Part shown: piece by piece, positions 44,944 through 53,950 of the stretch
How the letters are laid out: every line of letters starts with the position of its first letter
How positions within the stretch are numbered: position 1 is the stretch's first letter
DNA from: a virus
Lineage: Duplodnaviria; Caudoviricetes
DNA: 64,000 bases
IMG/VR virus record: IMGVR_UViG_3300030104_006170
Strand: one strand, 5' to 3'
Program-made: the position numbers and the translations under genes
The notes under the pieces: generated by a model
The model's input: only the letters and a program-made list of their open reading frames with translations
What the model was told of the DNA's origin: nothing
Databases searched by the model: none

Positions 44944-45612
44944 TTATTCGTATTTTCCACCAACATTTGACCCCATAGTATATATTTGTCCTATTGGTGT
45001 GTTCATTTTACCTGTCCCAACTAAACTAGTTATGGGAGATTTATAGATACTTCTTCTTATAATCTCTTCTATTTCTTTCTTAACTAGTTCTTTTATGTAA
45101 GTTTTATCTTTACCTGTTTTTTTTGCTACTTCAGTTATCGCAGCTTTAACCATTTTATTATCCGTTAATTCTAAAGCGTTAATATCACCCTGGTTACAAT
45201 AAGGAAAAGTACTACATTTTTTCTTTACTTTTACAAATTTTCCTCCTGGCCATTGTGTTTTTGCTTTTCCTCTCCAGTTTTTTTCATCTTTTGCCCACAT
45301 TTGTGGTGTGACATATGCACCAGAACTTGCAGCTGTAGTTGCTTCATCAAATTCTTCTTGTTTCTTCTTTTTTTTCTTTTTCTCCCCGGCAAATCTAGGG
45401 TCAAACCCCATAGGTGCCACAAAAGCTCCAGCACTTGCTGCGGTAGTCGCTTCATCCATTTCTTCTTCTTTGGTTTTACTCCATTCCTCATGAGTCATTT
45501 CTGGATGAATTTTTTCACAATCATGGTCTTCATCTAAAATAGCTTTATATCCCATAGGGTCTTTACTTATTGCTTTTTTTAATGCTTTTTCAAAGTTATT
45601 TTTTATCCCCAT
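44944..45612 (-). CDS. Protein with a duplicated DEATTAAS-x-GA-x-V-x-P motif; candidate head-associated
   Basis: MDEATTAASAGAFVAP and FDEATTAASSGAYVTP. Confidence 0.6.
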   Translation of the reverse strand: MGIKNNFEKALKKAISKDPMGYKAILDEDHDCEKIHPEMTHEEWSKTKEEEMDEATTAASAGAFVAPMGFDPRFAGEKKKKKKKQEEFDEATTAASSGAYVTPQMWAKDEKNWRGKAKTQWPGGKFVKVKKKCSTFPYCNQGDINALELTDNKMVKAAITEVAKKTGKDKTYIKELVKKEIEEIIRRSIYKSPITSLVGTGKMNTPIGQIYTMGSNVGGKYE

Positions 45613-45854
45613 TATTTTACTCTTTTAATTTCTGATTGCCACATACTACGTCTAAACCAGAATGTTTTATATAATTCTAACATTACCTTACTAACTATAT
45701 CTACGATTTCTGCCCTAGTATTTCTTCCTTTTTTAATTTCATCCGCTACAACTTTTTGTACCTCGTTTTTAAACTGGGGTTTATTCATGAAATCTTTTAT
45801 CTCTTTACGAGCGATTCTTTCGATTTCTCTTTTATCTGTGTTAGTTAATGCCAT
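45612..45854 (-). CDS. Hypothetical protein
   Basis: ORF track; TATTTAT upstream. Confidence 0.65.
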   Translation of the reverse strand: MALTNTDKREIERIARKEIKDFMNKPQFKNEVQKVVADEIKKGRNTRAEIVDIVSKVMLELYKTFWFRRSMWQSEIKRVK

Positions 45855-45866
45855 ATACTATAAATA

Positions 45867-46241
45867 CTACTTAACGTTGGATACGACCCAAGAAGCAGTA
45901 ACAATTGTTGCAGCACCTAAAAAGAAGTGAACTACAGGTTTATTATACCATTTAGGTTGTAATTCTTTTGTCAAATCTATATATAAATCTATTCTTTGAT
46001 TTAAGAGGTTTGTTTTCTCACCCATAAAAGCTATATGTAAACTATCTTGGGTGTGTAATGTTTTGTAATTTACTAGTTGTGTTTTAAGTAACTTAATTTC
46101 TAATTTCTGTAAACTATCGGTTTGTTCATAAACCTGGAATAAGGAGTCCATTTCAATTACTTCTTTTTCTGTAAAAGTGTGGGTTTGTGATAGTGCCCAT
46201 ACTGGAGTAAACAATAGTAGTATTATTATTAGTTTTTTCAT
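45867..46241 (-). CDS. Exported coiled-coil protein with a C-terminal hydrophobic helix (spanin-like)
   Basis: Signal ending LSQ; no lipobox Cys. Confidence 0.5.
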   Translation of the reverse strand: MKKLIIILLLFTPVWALSQTHTFTEKEVIEMDSLFQVYEQTDSLQKLEIKLLKTQLVNYKTLHTQDSLHIAFMGEKTNLLNQRIDLYIDLTKELQPKWYNKPVVHFFLGAATIVTASWVVSNVK

Positions 46242-46549
46242 TTTTTAAGTCTATTTTTTAAGGAATTAGTTGCCTGTTTTCCTGTTTTCTTTTTAACTAC
46301 CGGTTTTTTAGTTTTAAGTTCTTTGAGTTCTTTATCTGTATCCGCAATCTTTTTCTTTGTCTTCTTCTTTTTCTTTTTTACATTCTCTATTTTTTTATCA
46401 ACTTCTTTGGTTTTCTTCTCGTTAGATTTAATATTTCTTTTAATCTTTTTAACTTTTTTACTACTGTTAGCGTTCATGAACCAAACAAACCCTATAAAGA
46501 ATCCAATGATACCAACTATAAATTTCCATGATTTTTTTAAAAATTCCAT
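46238..46549 (-). CDS. N-terminal TM plus Lys-rich coiled coil (i-spanin-like)
   Basis: TM aa 9-26; 4-nt overlap with the downstream gene. Confidence 0.5.
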   Translation of the reverse strand: MEFLKKSWKFIVGIIGFFIGFVWFMNANSSKKVKKIKRNIKSNEKKTKEVDKKIENVKKKKKKTKKKIADTDKELKELKTKKPVVKKKTGKQATNSLKNRLKK

Positions 46550-46550
46550 A

Positions 46551-47090
46551 TTACTCGTTTTCTTCCTCCATCTTTTTAGTTGATTTTCTATCAGCTAATA
46601 CAGCTGCCCATTTTGCAGAAAAAATCTGATAATAATCTTTTAACTTATTAAGCATTTCTAATGCTTCACTATCTATTTTAACCATACTTCCAGTTATATA
46701 AACACCATTTTCTTCACCTACACTGTAAAAAAATTCAGTATCAAACTTAACTAAAACACCAGACCACTCTACGTTATTATCATATATATTTAAAGCGTTA
46801 TAGTCTACTAAATCAGAAACTTGTTCTATGAAGTCATCCATAGTTTCTTGGTAGGTATTTTTTTCTTCGTCCGTTAAAGTTATGTCTGAAGTGGTGTATC
46901 CATGAACAATAATTTTTCCACTAGATACGTCATATTCTTTGGTTTTTTCTTCTTCCCTATCTAAAGTAATATCTTCAATATCTGTGACTTGTTCAGTTAA
47001 CCTTCTAGATTTGTTTAATAAAGATTTCATTTCGTCGTATCTATTATTAGTATACTCGGTATAATCTTTTATGTTATTTATTTTTTTCAT
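46551..47090 (-). CDS. Acidic protein with an ..RLTEQ leader
   Basis: MKSLLNKSRRLTEQ. Confidence 0.6.
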   Translation of the reverse strand: MKKINNIKDYTEYTNNRYDEMKSLLNKSRRLTEQVTDIEDITLDREEEKTKEYDVSSGKIIVHGYTTSDITLTDEEKNTYQETMDDFIEQVSDLVDYNALNIYDNNVEWSGVLVKFDTEFFYSVGEENGVYITGSMVKIDSEALEMLNKLKDYYQIFSAKWAAVLADRKSTKKMEEENE

Positions 47091-47641
47091 AATATTTCAA
47101 AATTAAATGATGGGTTTATGTCTGTCCAATATTCATTATAATTACTTCTAGATACTATACCTTTAAAATTTTCTATACCATCAACTAAAACGTTGTGACC
47201 TATAAATTCATTAGGTATATTTTTATTTTTACATATTTTATCTATTAGTTTTTTAGTTGTTTCTATTTGTTTATCAGTATATTTATCCCAAAATAGTTTA
47301 TTTCTCCATTTTTTAGAGAATGTTTTACTACTATAAATATCCCCCAACCAATCAACATACTTACCGTCAGTACTTCTTCTTTTTAACCAACCCCTATTTT
47401 CTAAACACACTACAATAACACCCTGGTTTCTATAACCAAATAGATAGTGTTTAGAGACATCTTTGTCCGTTGGTGTATGAATTTCACCTTTTTTATCTAT
47501 TATATAATTTGGTATTTTTTCGTATTTGCCGTTATTTCTAAATTTTAGTCCCTTTAAGTAATTTTTAATGTCTCTATTAGTATTACATAACAGTATTTGA
47601 TTTATTTTATCTTCCCTTATATCTAAGTGTTTTGTTGTCAT
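47087..47641 (-). CDS. N-acetylmuramoyl-L-alanine amidase-like protein with degenerate Zn ligands
   Basis: NYIIDKKGEIH, VCLENRG, WTDINP; LLCNT and SRSN occur where HHT and THxN are expected. Confidence 0.6.
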   Translation of the reverse strand: MTTKHLDIREDKINQILLCNTNRDIKNYLKGLKFRNNGKYEKIPNYIIDKKGEIHTPTDKDVSKHYLFGYRNQGVIVVCLENRGWLKRRSTDGKYVDWLGDIYSSKTFSKKWRNKLFWDKYTDKQIETTKKLIDKICKNKNIPNEFIGHNVLVDGIENFKGIVSRSNYNEYWTDINPSFNFEIL

Positions 47642-48986
47642 CTTCCTGTTCTTTTTTACTAATATTAAGTGCTTCTGCTAATTTTTCAAGTTCTTTTTCA
47701 GTAGGATTTATTGGTTTTACTTCTTCAATTATTTCATTTTTACCTACTTCTTTACTTAAAGCTATTAGTTCTTCTTCTTCTAAATCATCATTACTTTTAA
47801 TAACCCTCACATCTTTTTTACTGTCTACTATTAAAGTTTGTGTGGTGTCTGTTAATCTATCTAATGAGATATCTGTCTCGTCGTAATGTAAACCATCATT
47901 ACCATTTTGACCTATGATATTCATTCTTTGTTCATCTATATCCATCTGTTTTTCTTCTGATGTATAATTTAGATAATTTTCTAAGTCTTCAAAGTATTGG
48001 TCATCTATAACTTCCTGTTCAAATAGTTCTTCCTCTTTAGTTTCATCTTTTTTATCTTGTCTTGCAAAAGCTTCTGACACTTCTTCCATGGTATATGGTG
48101 TGTCAAATTCTAAACCGTCTGGTTTTGACATTTTTACATCTTTAGGGTCAATCCCACTGGTTTGGACTATGAATTCTTCTTTTTTTGGTTTTATTTGTGC
48201 AAATGCGAAATTCGCTGCTACAACTAATGCGATTGCTAGTGGGTCAAATACAAATATAATTAATAATAAAAACCAATTAACTACCTCATTCATTGGTTTA
48301 CCGGTAGTTTCCGCTAAGTATTTTAAAGGCCCTAATTCTCTTTCAGCTTCGTTACTAACTTCTTTATCTAACAATAATACATCAGTTGAATTTATAGAAT
48401 CAAGAACAGCTTCTAATTTTATGTTAATCCCATCTCTATCTTTTATTGTGTTTTCTAATTCTTTTTGTAAAGCTCGTCTTGTAGAACTAGAAGTTGTTGT
48501 AATTACCTGTTCAGCCTCTTTATCATAATACGATACTGAACTTGGGTTTGATAAGGATATTCTTAGTTCTGAGATTGATTGGTTTAATTGTGTTTTTTCG
48601 AGTGTTAAATCCGTTTTTTGTTCTTCAAACCTAATTTGTTTTTGGTTTATTATTGCTAATGATTTATCTAACAGCTCAGATTTAGTAGCTGTCTCTTGAT
48701 ATGCTCCGGATAGAAATCCATATATACCACCACTCGTAATTAAGATAAGTATAAAACAGGCTAATGAAAGATATATTTTTAAAGCTCTGTTAATTGTGTC
48801 CCAGTATTGATATAGGAGTGAAGCTACTACAAGTTTTGCGAATTCTAGTGAACCTGCCATTATTATTACTTGGGTGGAAGCTCCGGCGAATAGTTTACTT
48901 AATCCAAACACTGAATAGAAGGCTGCTGAACCAGATACTGCCAATGCAGATAACGCAATTAATAACGGAAAAAGTCTTTTTTTCAT
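47607..48986 (-). CDS. Multi-TM membrane protein with a periplasmic coiled coil and an acidic tail
   Basis: SAAFYSVFGL, ELGPLKYL and IFVFDPLAI motifs; four TM helices. Confidence 0.7.
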   Translation of the reverse strand: MKKRLFPLLIALSALAVSGSAAFYSVFGLSKLFAGASTQVIIMAGSLEFAKLVVASLLYQYWDTINRALKIYLSLACFILILITSGGIYGFLSGAYQETATKSELLDKSLAIINQKQIRFEEQKTDLTLEKTQLNQSISELRISLSNPSSVSYYDKEAEQVITTTSSSTRRALQKELENTIKDRDGINIKLEAVLDSINSTDVLLLDKEVSNEAERELGPLKYLAETTGKPMNEVVNWFLLLIIFVFDPLAIALVVAANFAFAQIKPKKEEFIVQTSGIDPKDVKMSKPDGLEFDTPYTMEEVSEAFARQDKKDETKEEELFEQEVIDDQYFEDLENYLNYTSEEKQMDIDEQRMNIIGQNGNDGLHYDETDISLDRLTDTTQTLIVDSKKDVRVIKSNDDLEEEELIALSKEVGKNEIIEEVKPINPTEKELEKLAEALNISKKEQEDDNKTLRYKGR

Positions 48987-49007
48987 TTTTATCTTTATTG
49001 ATAAATA

Positions 49008-49805
49008 TTAATCACCCAGGTATTCTAACAGTTGGTAGCTGTCATTTCTTAATTTTCTTAATACTTTTTCTTTTATTTGTCTTACTCTTTCTTTAGTTAG
49101 ACTTAGTCCGTCCCCAATTTCTTGTAGAGTCATTGGTGTACCACATAGACCATAATAGTCTATAATAATGTTTCTTTCTCTTTCATCTAGGCTAGACATC
49201 AATTTATAAAGTTCATCTTTTAAATTAACTTCATCTGCAAAAATATCTTCAGGATTTTCAGCATCTGGATTAACTAATATATCTATGAGAGTATCACCTT
49301 CTTCATTTATTGGTCGGTCATAGTTAATTGTTACTGGTAACATAGCAAGTTTACTATTCCACTTTTCTATTTCCTGACTAATTTTTTTCTTTTCTCTTTG
49401 TAGTTCTTGAATTATGTTCACCGGTAGTCTTATAGTCCTAGCGTTTTCGTTTAGACATTGTAGTATAGATTGTTTAACCCACCAGACAGCGTAAGAAATA
49501 AACCTAAAACCTTTATCCCAATCAAAGTTTTTTATCGCTTTAAGTAAACCATAATTACCTTCTGCAATTAAATCAGAAAGTTCAACCCCTTGTCCTTGGT
49601 AGTCTTTCGCTACACTAATAACAAATCTAAGGTTTCCCTCTAGTAATTCTAAATGTACTTCTTCTCTTTTTTCTATCGGGGTGTTCTTATCTAACATTAT
49701 TTTAGCTAATTCTTTTTCTCTAGCTGGTGTTAGTACTTTTCTTTTTCTCACATCTTTTAAGTAGTGTGATATTTCTGCCTGATTTATAAATGTATTTTTT
49801 GCCAT
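49008..49805 (-). CDS. RpoD/SigA-like RNA polymerase sigma factor lacking region 1.1
   Basis: YLKDV, NLRFVISVAK, DLIAEGNYGL, FISYAVWW, RTIRLP, TLQEIG..LTKERVRQI. Confidence 0.95.
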   Translation of the reverse strand: MAKNTFINQAEISHYLKDVRKRKVLTPAREKELAKIMLDKNTPIEKREEVHLELLEGNLRFVISVAKDYQGQGVELSDLIAEGNYGLLKAIKNFDWDKGFRFISYAVWWVKQSILQCLNENARTIRLPVNIIQELQREKKKISQEIEKWNSKLAMLPVTINYDRPINEEGDTLIDILVNPDAENPEDIFADEVNLKDELYKLMSSLDERERNIIIDYYGLCGTPMTLQEIGDGLSLTKERVRQIKEKVLRKLRNDSYQLLEYLGD

Positions 49806-49943
49806 TATATTAATTTTTATTAGTTACTATACTATAGTACAATAAGCGTACCATTTAATATTAACTGACTTTTTGTCAGATATATTATATGTGTACAAAT
49901 ATAAAAAATTAATTTGTGGCCAACAAGGATTTGTTGGTTTATT

Positions 49944-50282
49944 TTATATGCAGTAATTTTTTTGTATTAATTCTAAAGCCTCTTCTGCTGTCTCATAACC
50001 TGCACCAGCACTAAATATTTCTTGATTCCCATCAACATCTTCTATTATCATTACTGGAGTATTACTAACTTTATCTGGATGTTTGTCAGCTAAATCATGA
50101 AATTCCCATCTATTAGCAGCATTTTCTTTATTAACCGTATAGTCAGGTGGTGTTTGTGCTGTAATACATTTATTTTGGTATTTTATAAGATTGTTGTCGA
50201 ATAATTGTTGTATTTCTTGACATGAAGGGCAAACAGCTTCTGTCATTAGAGTTATTTTATATTTACTAGTATCTAATTTCAT
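49944..50282 (-). CDS. Glutaredoxin-like protein
   Basis: CPSC motif and NTP cis-Pro motif. Confidence 0.7.
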   Translation of the reverse strand: MKLDTSKYKITLMTEAVCPSCQEIQQLFDNNLIKYQNKCITAQTPPDYTVNKENAANRWEFHDLADKHPDKVSNTPVMIIEDVDGNQEIFSAGAGYETAEEALELIQKNYCI

Positions 50283-50288
50283 TTTTTT

Positions 50289-50846
50289 TTACTTGTTAAA
50301 TTTATTTAAAAATTCTTTTTCTTCTATAGTTAAACTATCGATTCCCTCTTCTATTATTTTATCCAAAAGTCCGTCAATGGTCATTGGAGTTAACTTTGTT
50401 TTTTTAAAATTACTAATATTTTTACTTTTGTCAATGTCTTTCTTCAACTTTTTTACTCTGTCGTTAACTATTGATTGTAACTGTTGAGTTAGTATCTCAG
50501 CAATTTTAGGGTCTATGTTTTTATATTTGGGTTTTGCCTTTCCAAACAAATGATTTTTTAAATTTTCGTCCATTCTATAAGCTAGTTTTCTAGGTTTAGG
50601 CATTAGAAATAGAGTATTTATAAATGGTGAAAGAAATTCTTTTAGTATTTCATCGATTTCTTCAAAGGACAGTCGAGATTTTACACACATTATTATTACA
50701 TGGTCTCCGGTAATGAAAGTAAATTCTTCTTCAGTAACTATAGTCTCCATAACATCTCTAATATTATTAACTACTTCAGAATTTTTTTCAATCATACTCC
50801 AATTACCGAACATAAATAAAAGGTATTGTCTAACTCTTGGTCCCAT
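50289..50846 (-). CDS. Hypothetical protein (C-terminal DUF6576-like LLDKI..GIDSLT..E motif)
   Basis: ORF track. Confidence 0.6.
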   Translation of the reverse strand: MGPRVRQYLLFMFGNWSMIEKNSEVVNNIRDVMETIVTEEEFTFITGDHVIIMCVKSRLSFEEIDEILKEFLSPFINTLFLMPKPRKLAYRMDENLKNHLFGKAKPKYKNIDPKIAEILTQQLQSIVNDRVKKLKKDIDKSKNISNFKKTKLTPMTIDGLLDKIIEEGIDSLTIEEKEFLNKFNK

Positions 50847-50858
50847 ACTTATAAATAT

Positions 50859-53186
50859 TTATTTTAATTTAGAAATATTACTTTCTTTAGTGATTGTTAT
50901 TATATTATCGGACCATTCTCTTACTAAAGGATTATGTGTGATTAAAAATATATTTTCAAAATAATCTTTAACTCTACTAAAAAATGTACCTACCTGGTCA
51001 AGATTTTCATTACTTACCTTACCCAATACTTCATCAAATACAGTTATGTTTGGTCGTGGTAGACAAGATACCTTAGTCAATACCGTTCTAATAGCAAGAG
51101 ATGCTAGTGTTTTTTCAAAACCACTCCCAGTAACTAATAATTTTTCTACGCCAGTATTATTATCTACCATCCAAAACTCTACTTCATTTTTATCACTAAC
51201 TCTTATTTCAACCATAAAATTAGTTACGTCGGATAATAACCTCATTAATTCACTATTAAGTTTTGGTACGACACTTTTAACTATTGTTTTTATTATCCCA
51301 TTCTTACCAAATACAGTTAAATAAGCTCTAAAAATTTCTTCAACTTCATTTTCTTTTTTAATTTTACTTATCTTAGTATTATGTTCTACTATAGTGTCTT
51401 CTGCTACTTTTATCCCACTAATATTACTTTCTATATCTCTTATTAAAGAATCCTTATTTGTTTTTAATACGTCTATGGTAGAGTTAGTGGTTAATATTTT
51501 TTTATCTATTTCCGCATTTTCTTCAAGTTTATTTTTATTACTTTCCCATTCTTCTAATTTATTTCTTAACTCCCTTATATCTAATTCTTTTTTATTTATC
51601 TCTAATACTAATCTTTCTTTTTTTAACATTTCTTTCTCGTACTCATCAAAAATTGTTTTTTTAGTGGTGAGTTTATCTACTTCTTCATTTAGGTTAGTTA
51701 GTTTTATTTCTTCCTTATTTATTGTGGTGGTTAGTTGGTTTACTTCATTTTTTAAGGATTCAATCTCATCTGTATGGTCGACATCTTTTAAAGGTTGTTT
51801 ACAAGTAGGGCATATTTCTGCCTCTATTAAATTTTTTAATGTTTTATTTAAATTTTTTAAATTAGTTGTATTTTGTATCTTTTTATGTAAGGTATTATCC
51901 CTTTCTTTTGTCTTATGACTTAAAATTTCTAAGTCTATCTCTTCTGGAATTTCTTTATCCCCATAAGCTTTTAATTTTAAATCTAAACTTAATAAATTTG
52001 AATTATTTTCATCTAGATTTTCTTTTAATAACCTAGGATTTACCTTCTCTATTTCACTATCTATATCAATAAATTTTTTACTTATTAATTCATCCCTATT
52101 TTTATTGTTCTTTAACAGTTCAACCTCTACTTTTTTTAGATTTTTTTCATTCTCTATGTTATTTTGTGTTAAGGTATTTTTTGTTTCCTCTTCTTTTTTA
52201 ATACCTTGTTTTAAATCTTCAATATTATAAACATTAGATATTAATTTTTTTGACCAAGCGGAATACATTTCTTTACACGTTTTTTCTTTGTCTTTTAAAA
52301 CTTCTAGACCTATAAATCTACTTAAAACATTACCTCTTTCTGTAGGTTTTGACTCTATAAGTGATTCTAGGTTACCAGCAGTAGATAAAACTGTTAGTAA
52401 AAAATCATTCATAGTACCAATAGATTCCTTTATAAACTTTTCCGTTTCTCTTCTTTGTTCACCTGTAAAATTTTGTAATGAACCGTCTTTTTTTCTTTCT
52501 AAAAACTCTAAACTAGTACTAACAGACCAATCCCCTTTTTTTGTCTTTCTTCTTTTAATTTTTCTAACTATAATATAATCTTTCCCATCTATTTCAACTT
52601 CTCCTTGAACGAAAACTTCATTACTTTTTCTAAATCTATTAAAAATATCGATTGCTTTAGTAGTTTTAGTTGTGGTGTTAAAGAATAAGAATAGTATTAG
52701 GTCTACAGCTAAAACGGATTTACCCCCAAAATTGGGTGGGTTAGAGTCTATGACGGTAATACCCCCTAGTTTTTCTACATTTAGTGTGTTATTATCCCCA
52801 AATGATAAGAAATTAGAAAATTTTATATTTTTAATATACACTCTTTTGTATTTGGTGTCCATTTCGACTTCATCCGCAATTTTTGCGTTTACCTTATCAT
52901 CTAATCTTTTCAACAAATCTATATCCACTCTCATATCATTTGCCATAACAAATTGTGACATGAGATTCCTTTGATATGTGGTGTCCATTACATTTTGTTC
53001 TAGGTCTATATCTAGTTCGTTTCCTGACTTTCTATCAATAGCTCTAGTAAGGACTGTTACATTCTTAGAATTGTATTTGTTTTGAAAGTAACTTCTAACC
53101 CTTTTAATTCTTTCTTGTGTAAAATTTTCTGGTATGTCGTCCCATGTAACCTTAATGAAAGGATTTTCTAACTTATCTATTTCCAT
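50859..53186 (-). CDS. SbcC/Rad50/T4 gp46-like recombination ATPase
   Basis: FKNFLS-like NFLSFG, GGKS Walker A, CPTC zinc hook, GSGFEK signature, FDEV Walker B, ITH. Confidence 0.95.
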   Translation of the reverse strand: MEIDKLENPFIKVTWDDIPENFTQERIKRVRSYFQNKYNSKNVTVLTRAIDRKSGNELDIDLEQNVMDTTYQRNLMSQFVMANDMRVDIDLLKRLDDKVNAKIADEVEMDTKYKRVYIKNIKFSNFLSFGDNNTLNVEKLGGITVIDSNPPNFGGKSVLAVDLILFLFFNTTTKTTKAIDIFNRFRKSNEVFVQGEVEIDGKDYIIVRKIKRRKTKKGDWSVSTSLEFLERKKDGSLQNFTGEQRRETEKFIKESIGTMNDFLLTVLSTAGNLESLIESKPTERGNVLSRFIGLEVLKDKEKTCKEMYSAWSKKLISNVYNIEDLKQGIKKEEETKNTLTQNNIENEKNLKKVEVELLKNNKNRDELISKKFIDIDSEIEKVNPRLLKENLDENNSNLLSLDLKLKAYGDKEIPEEIDLEILSHKTKERDNTLHKKIQNTTNLKNLNKTLKNLIEAEICPTCKQPLKDVDHTDEIESLKNEVNQLTTTINKEEIKLTNLNEEVDKLTTKKTIFDEYEKEMLKKERLVLEINKKELDIRELRNKLEEWESNKNKLEENAEIDKKILTTNSTIDVLKTNKDSLIRDIESNISGIKVAEDTIVEHNTKISKIKKENEVEEIFRAYLTVFGKNGIIKTIVKSVVPKLNSELMRLLSDVTNFMVEIRVSDKNEVEFWMVDNNTGVEKLLVTGSGFEKTLASLAIRTVLTKVSCLPRPNITVFDEVLGKVSNENLDQVGTFFSRVKDYFENIFLITHNPLVREWSDNIITITKESNISKLK

Positions 53187-53227
53187 GTCTTAAATATCGT
53201 ATATTTATTAGTATAAATCAATATGAA

Positions 53228-53950
53228 GTGAAAATTAGAATAACCGAAAATCAGTACACTAAATTAGTTAAGGAACAGAGGATTAGTATAGACAAAATTA
53301 AGAAAAATCTTCCTGACCCAATTAAAAAAATAGCGGAAGCTATCATTAATAGATTAACTAAACCTAGTCCTACTGATTATAAAACATTACGTACATTATC
53401 TAGAGATAAATTAAAAAAAGTTTTAAGTTACATTCCTTCTAAATATAAAAATAATGGTGATGCTCCAACATTGTACCCAATACCCACTTTACCAAAAAAA
53501 ATTAATAGTTGTTATGGGTATAGAACTGCTACTGGTACTAATAGATTACACAGTGGTGTGGATTTGGATACTACTGGTTTAAGAAATGACCAACCTCTTA
53601 TATCTGCATGTGCGGGTATTGTTAGTAAAGCTAGTGATGATGGTGGTGATTGTGGTGGTTTTATAAAAGTTGATTGTAATAATGGGGATGCTGTTGGTTA
53701 TTGCCATATGAAAGTTGTTAATGAAAACTTGTATGGTTTAAAAATACCTAAAGGTTTTCCTGTTGGGGTTTCTGGTGGTGGTGAAGGTGACCCAGGTGCT
53801 GGTAATTCTATGGGTCCTCACTTACATTACATGATTTGGAAGGGTGGTAAAAAAGTTAACCCTATAAATGTGATGGCTGGTGGACATACTATTCCTGCTG
53901 GTGGTAGTGAAAATAGAAAGGGTAAGTATTGTGACCCTAACGCTAGATAG
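53228..53950 (+). CDS. M23 family peptidase with an ITENQYTKLVKEQ leader
   Basis: HSGVD, YCHM, GPHLHY. Confidence 0.9.
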   Translation: MKIRITENQYTKLVKEQRISIDKIKKNLPDPIKKIAEAIINRLTKPSPTDYKTLRTLSRDKLKKVLSYIPSKYKNNGDAPTLYPIPTLPKKINSCYGYRTATGTNRLHSGVDLDTTGLRNDQPLISACAGIVSKASDDGGDCGGFIKVDCNNGDAVGYCHMKVVNENLYGLKIPKGFPVGVSGGGEGDPGAGNSMGPHLHYMIWKGGKKVNPINVMAGGHTIPAGGSENRKGKYCDPNAR

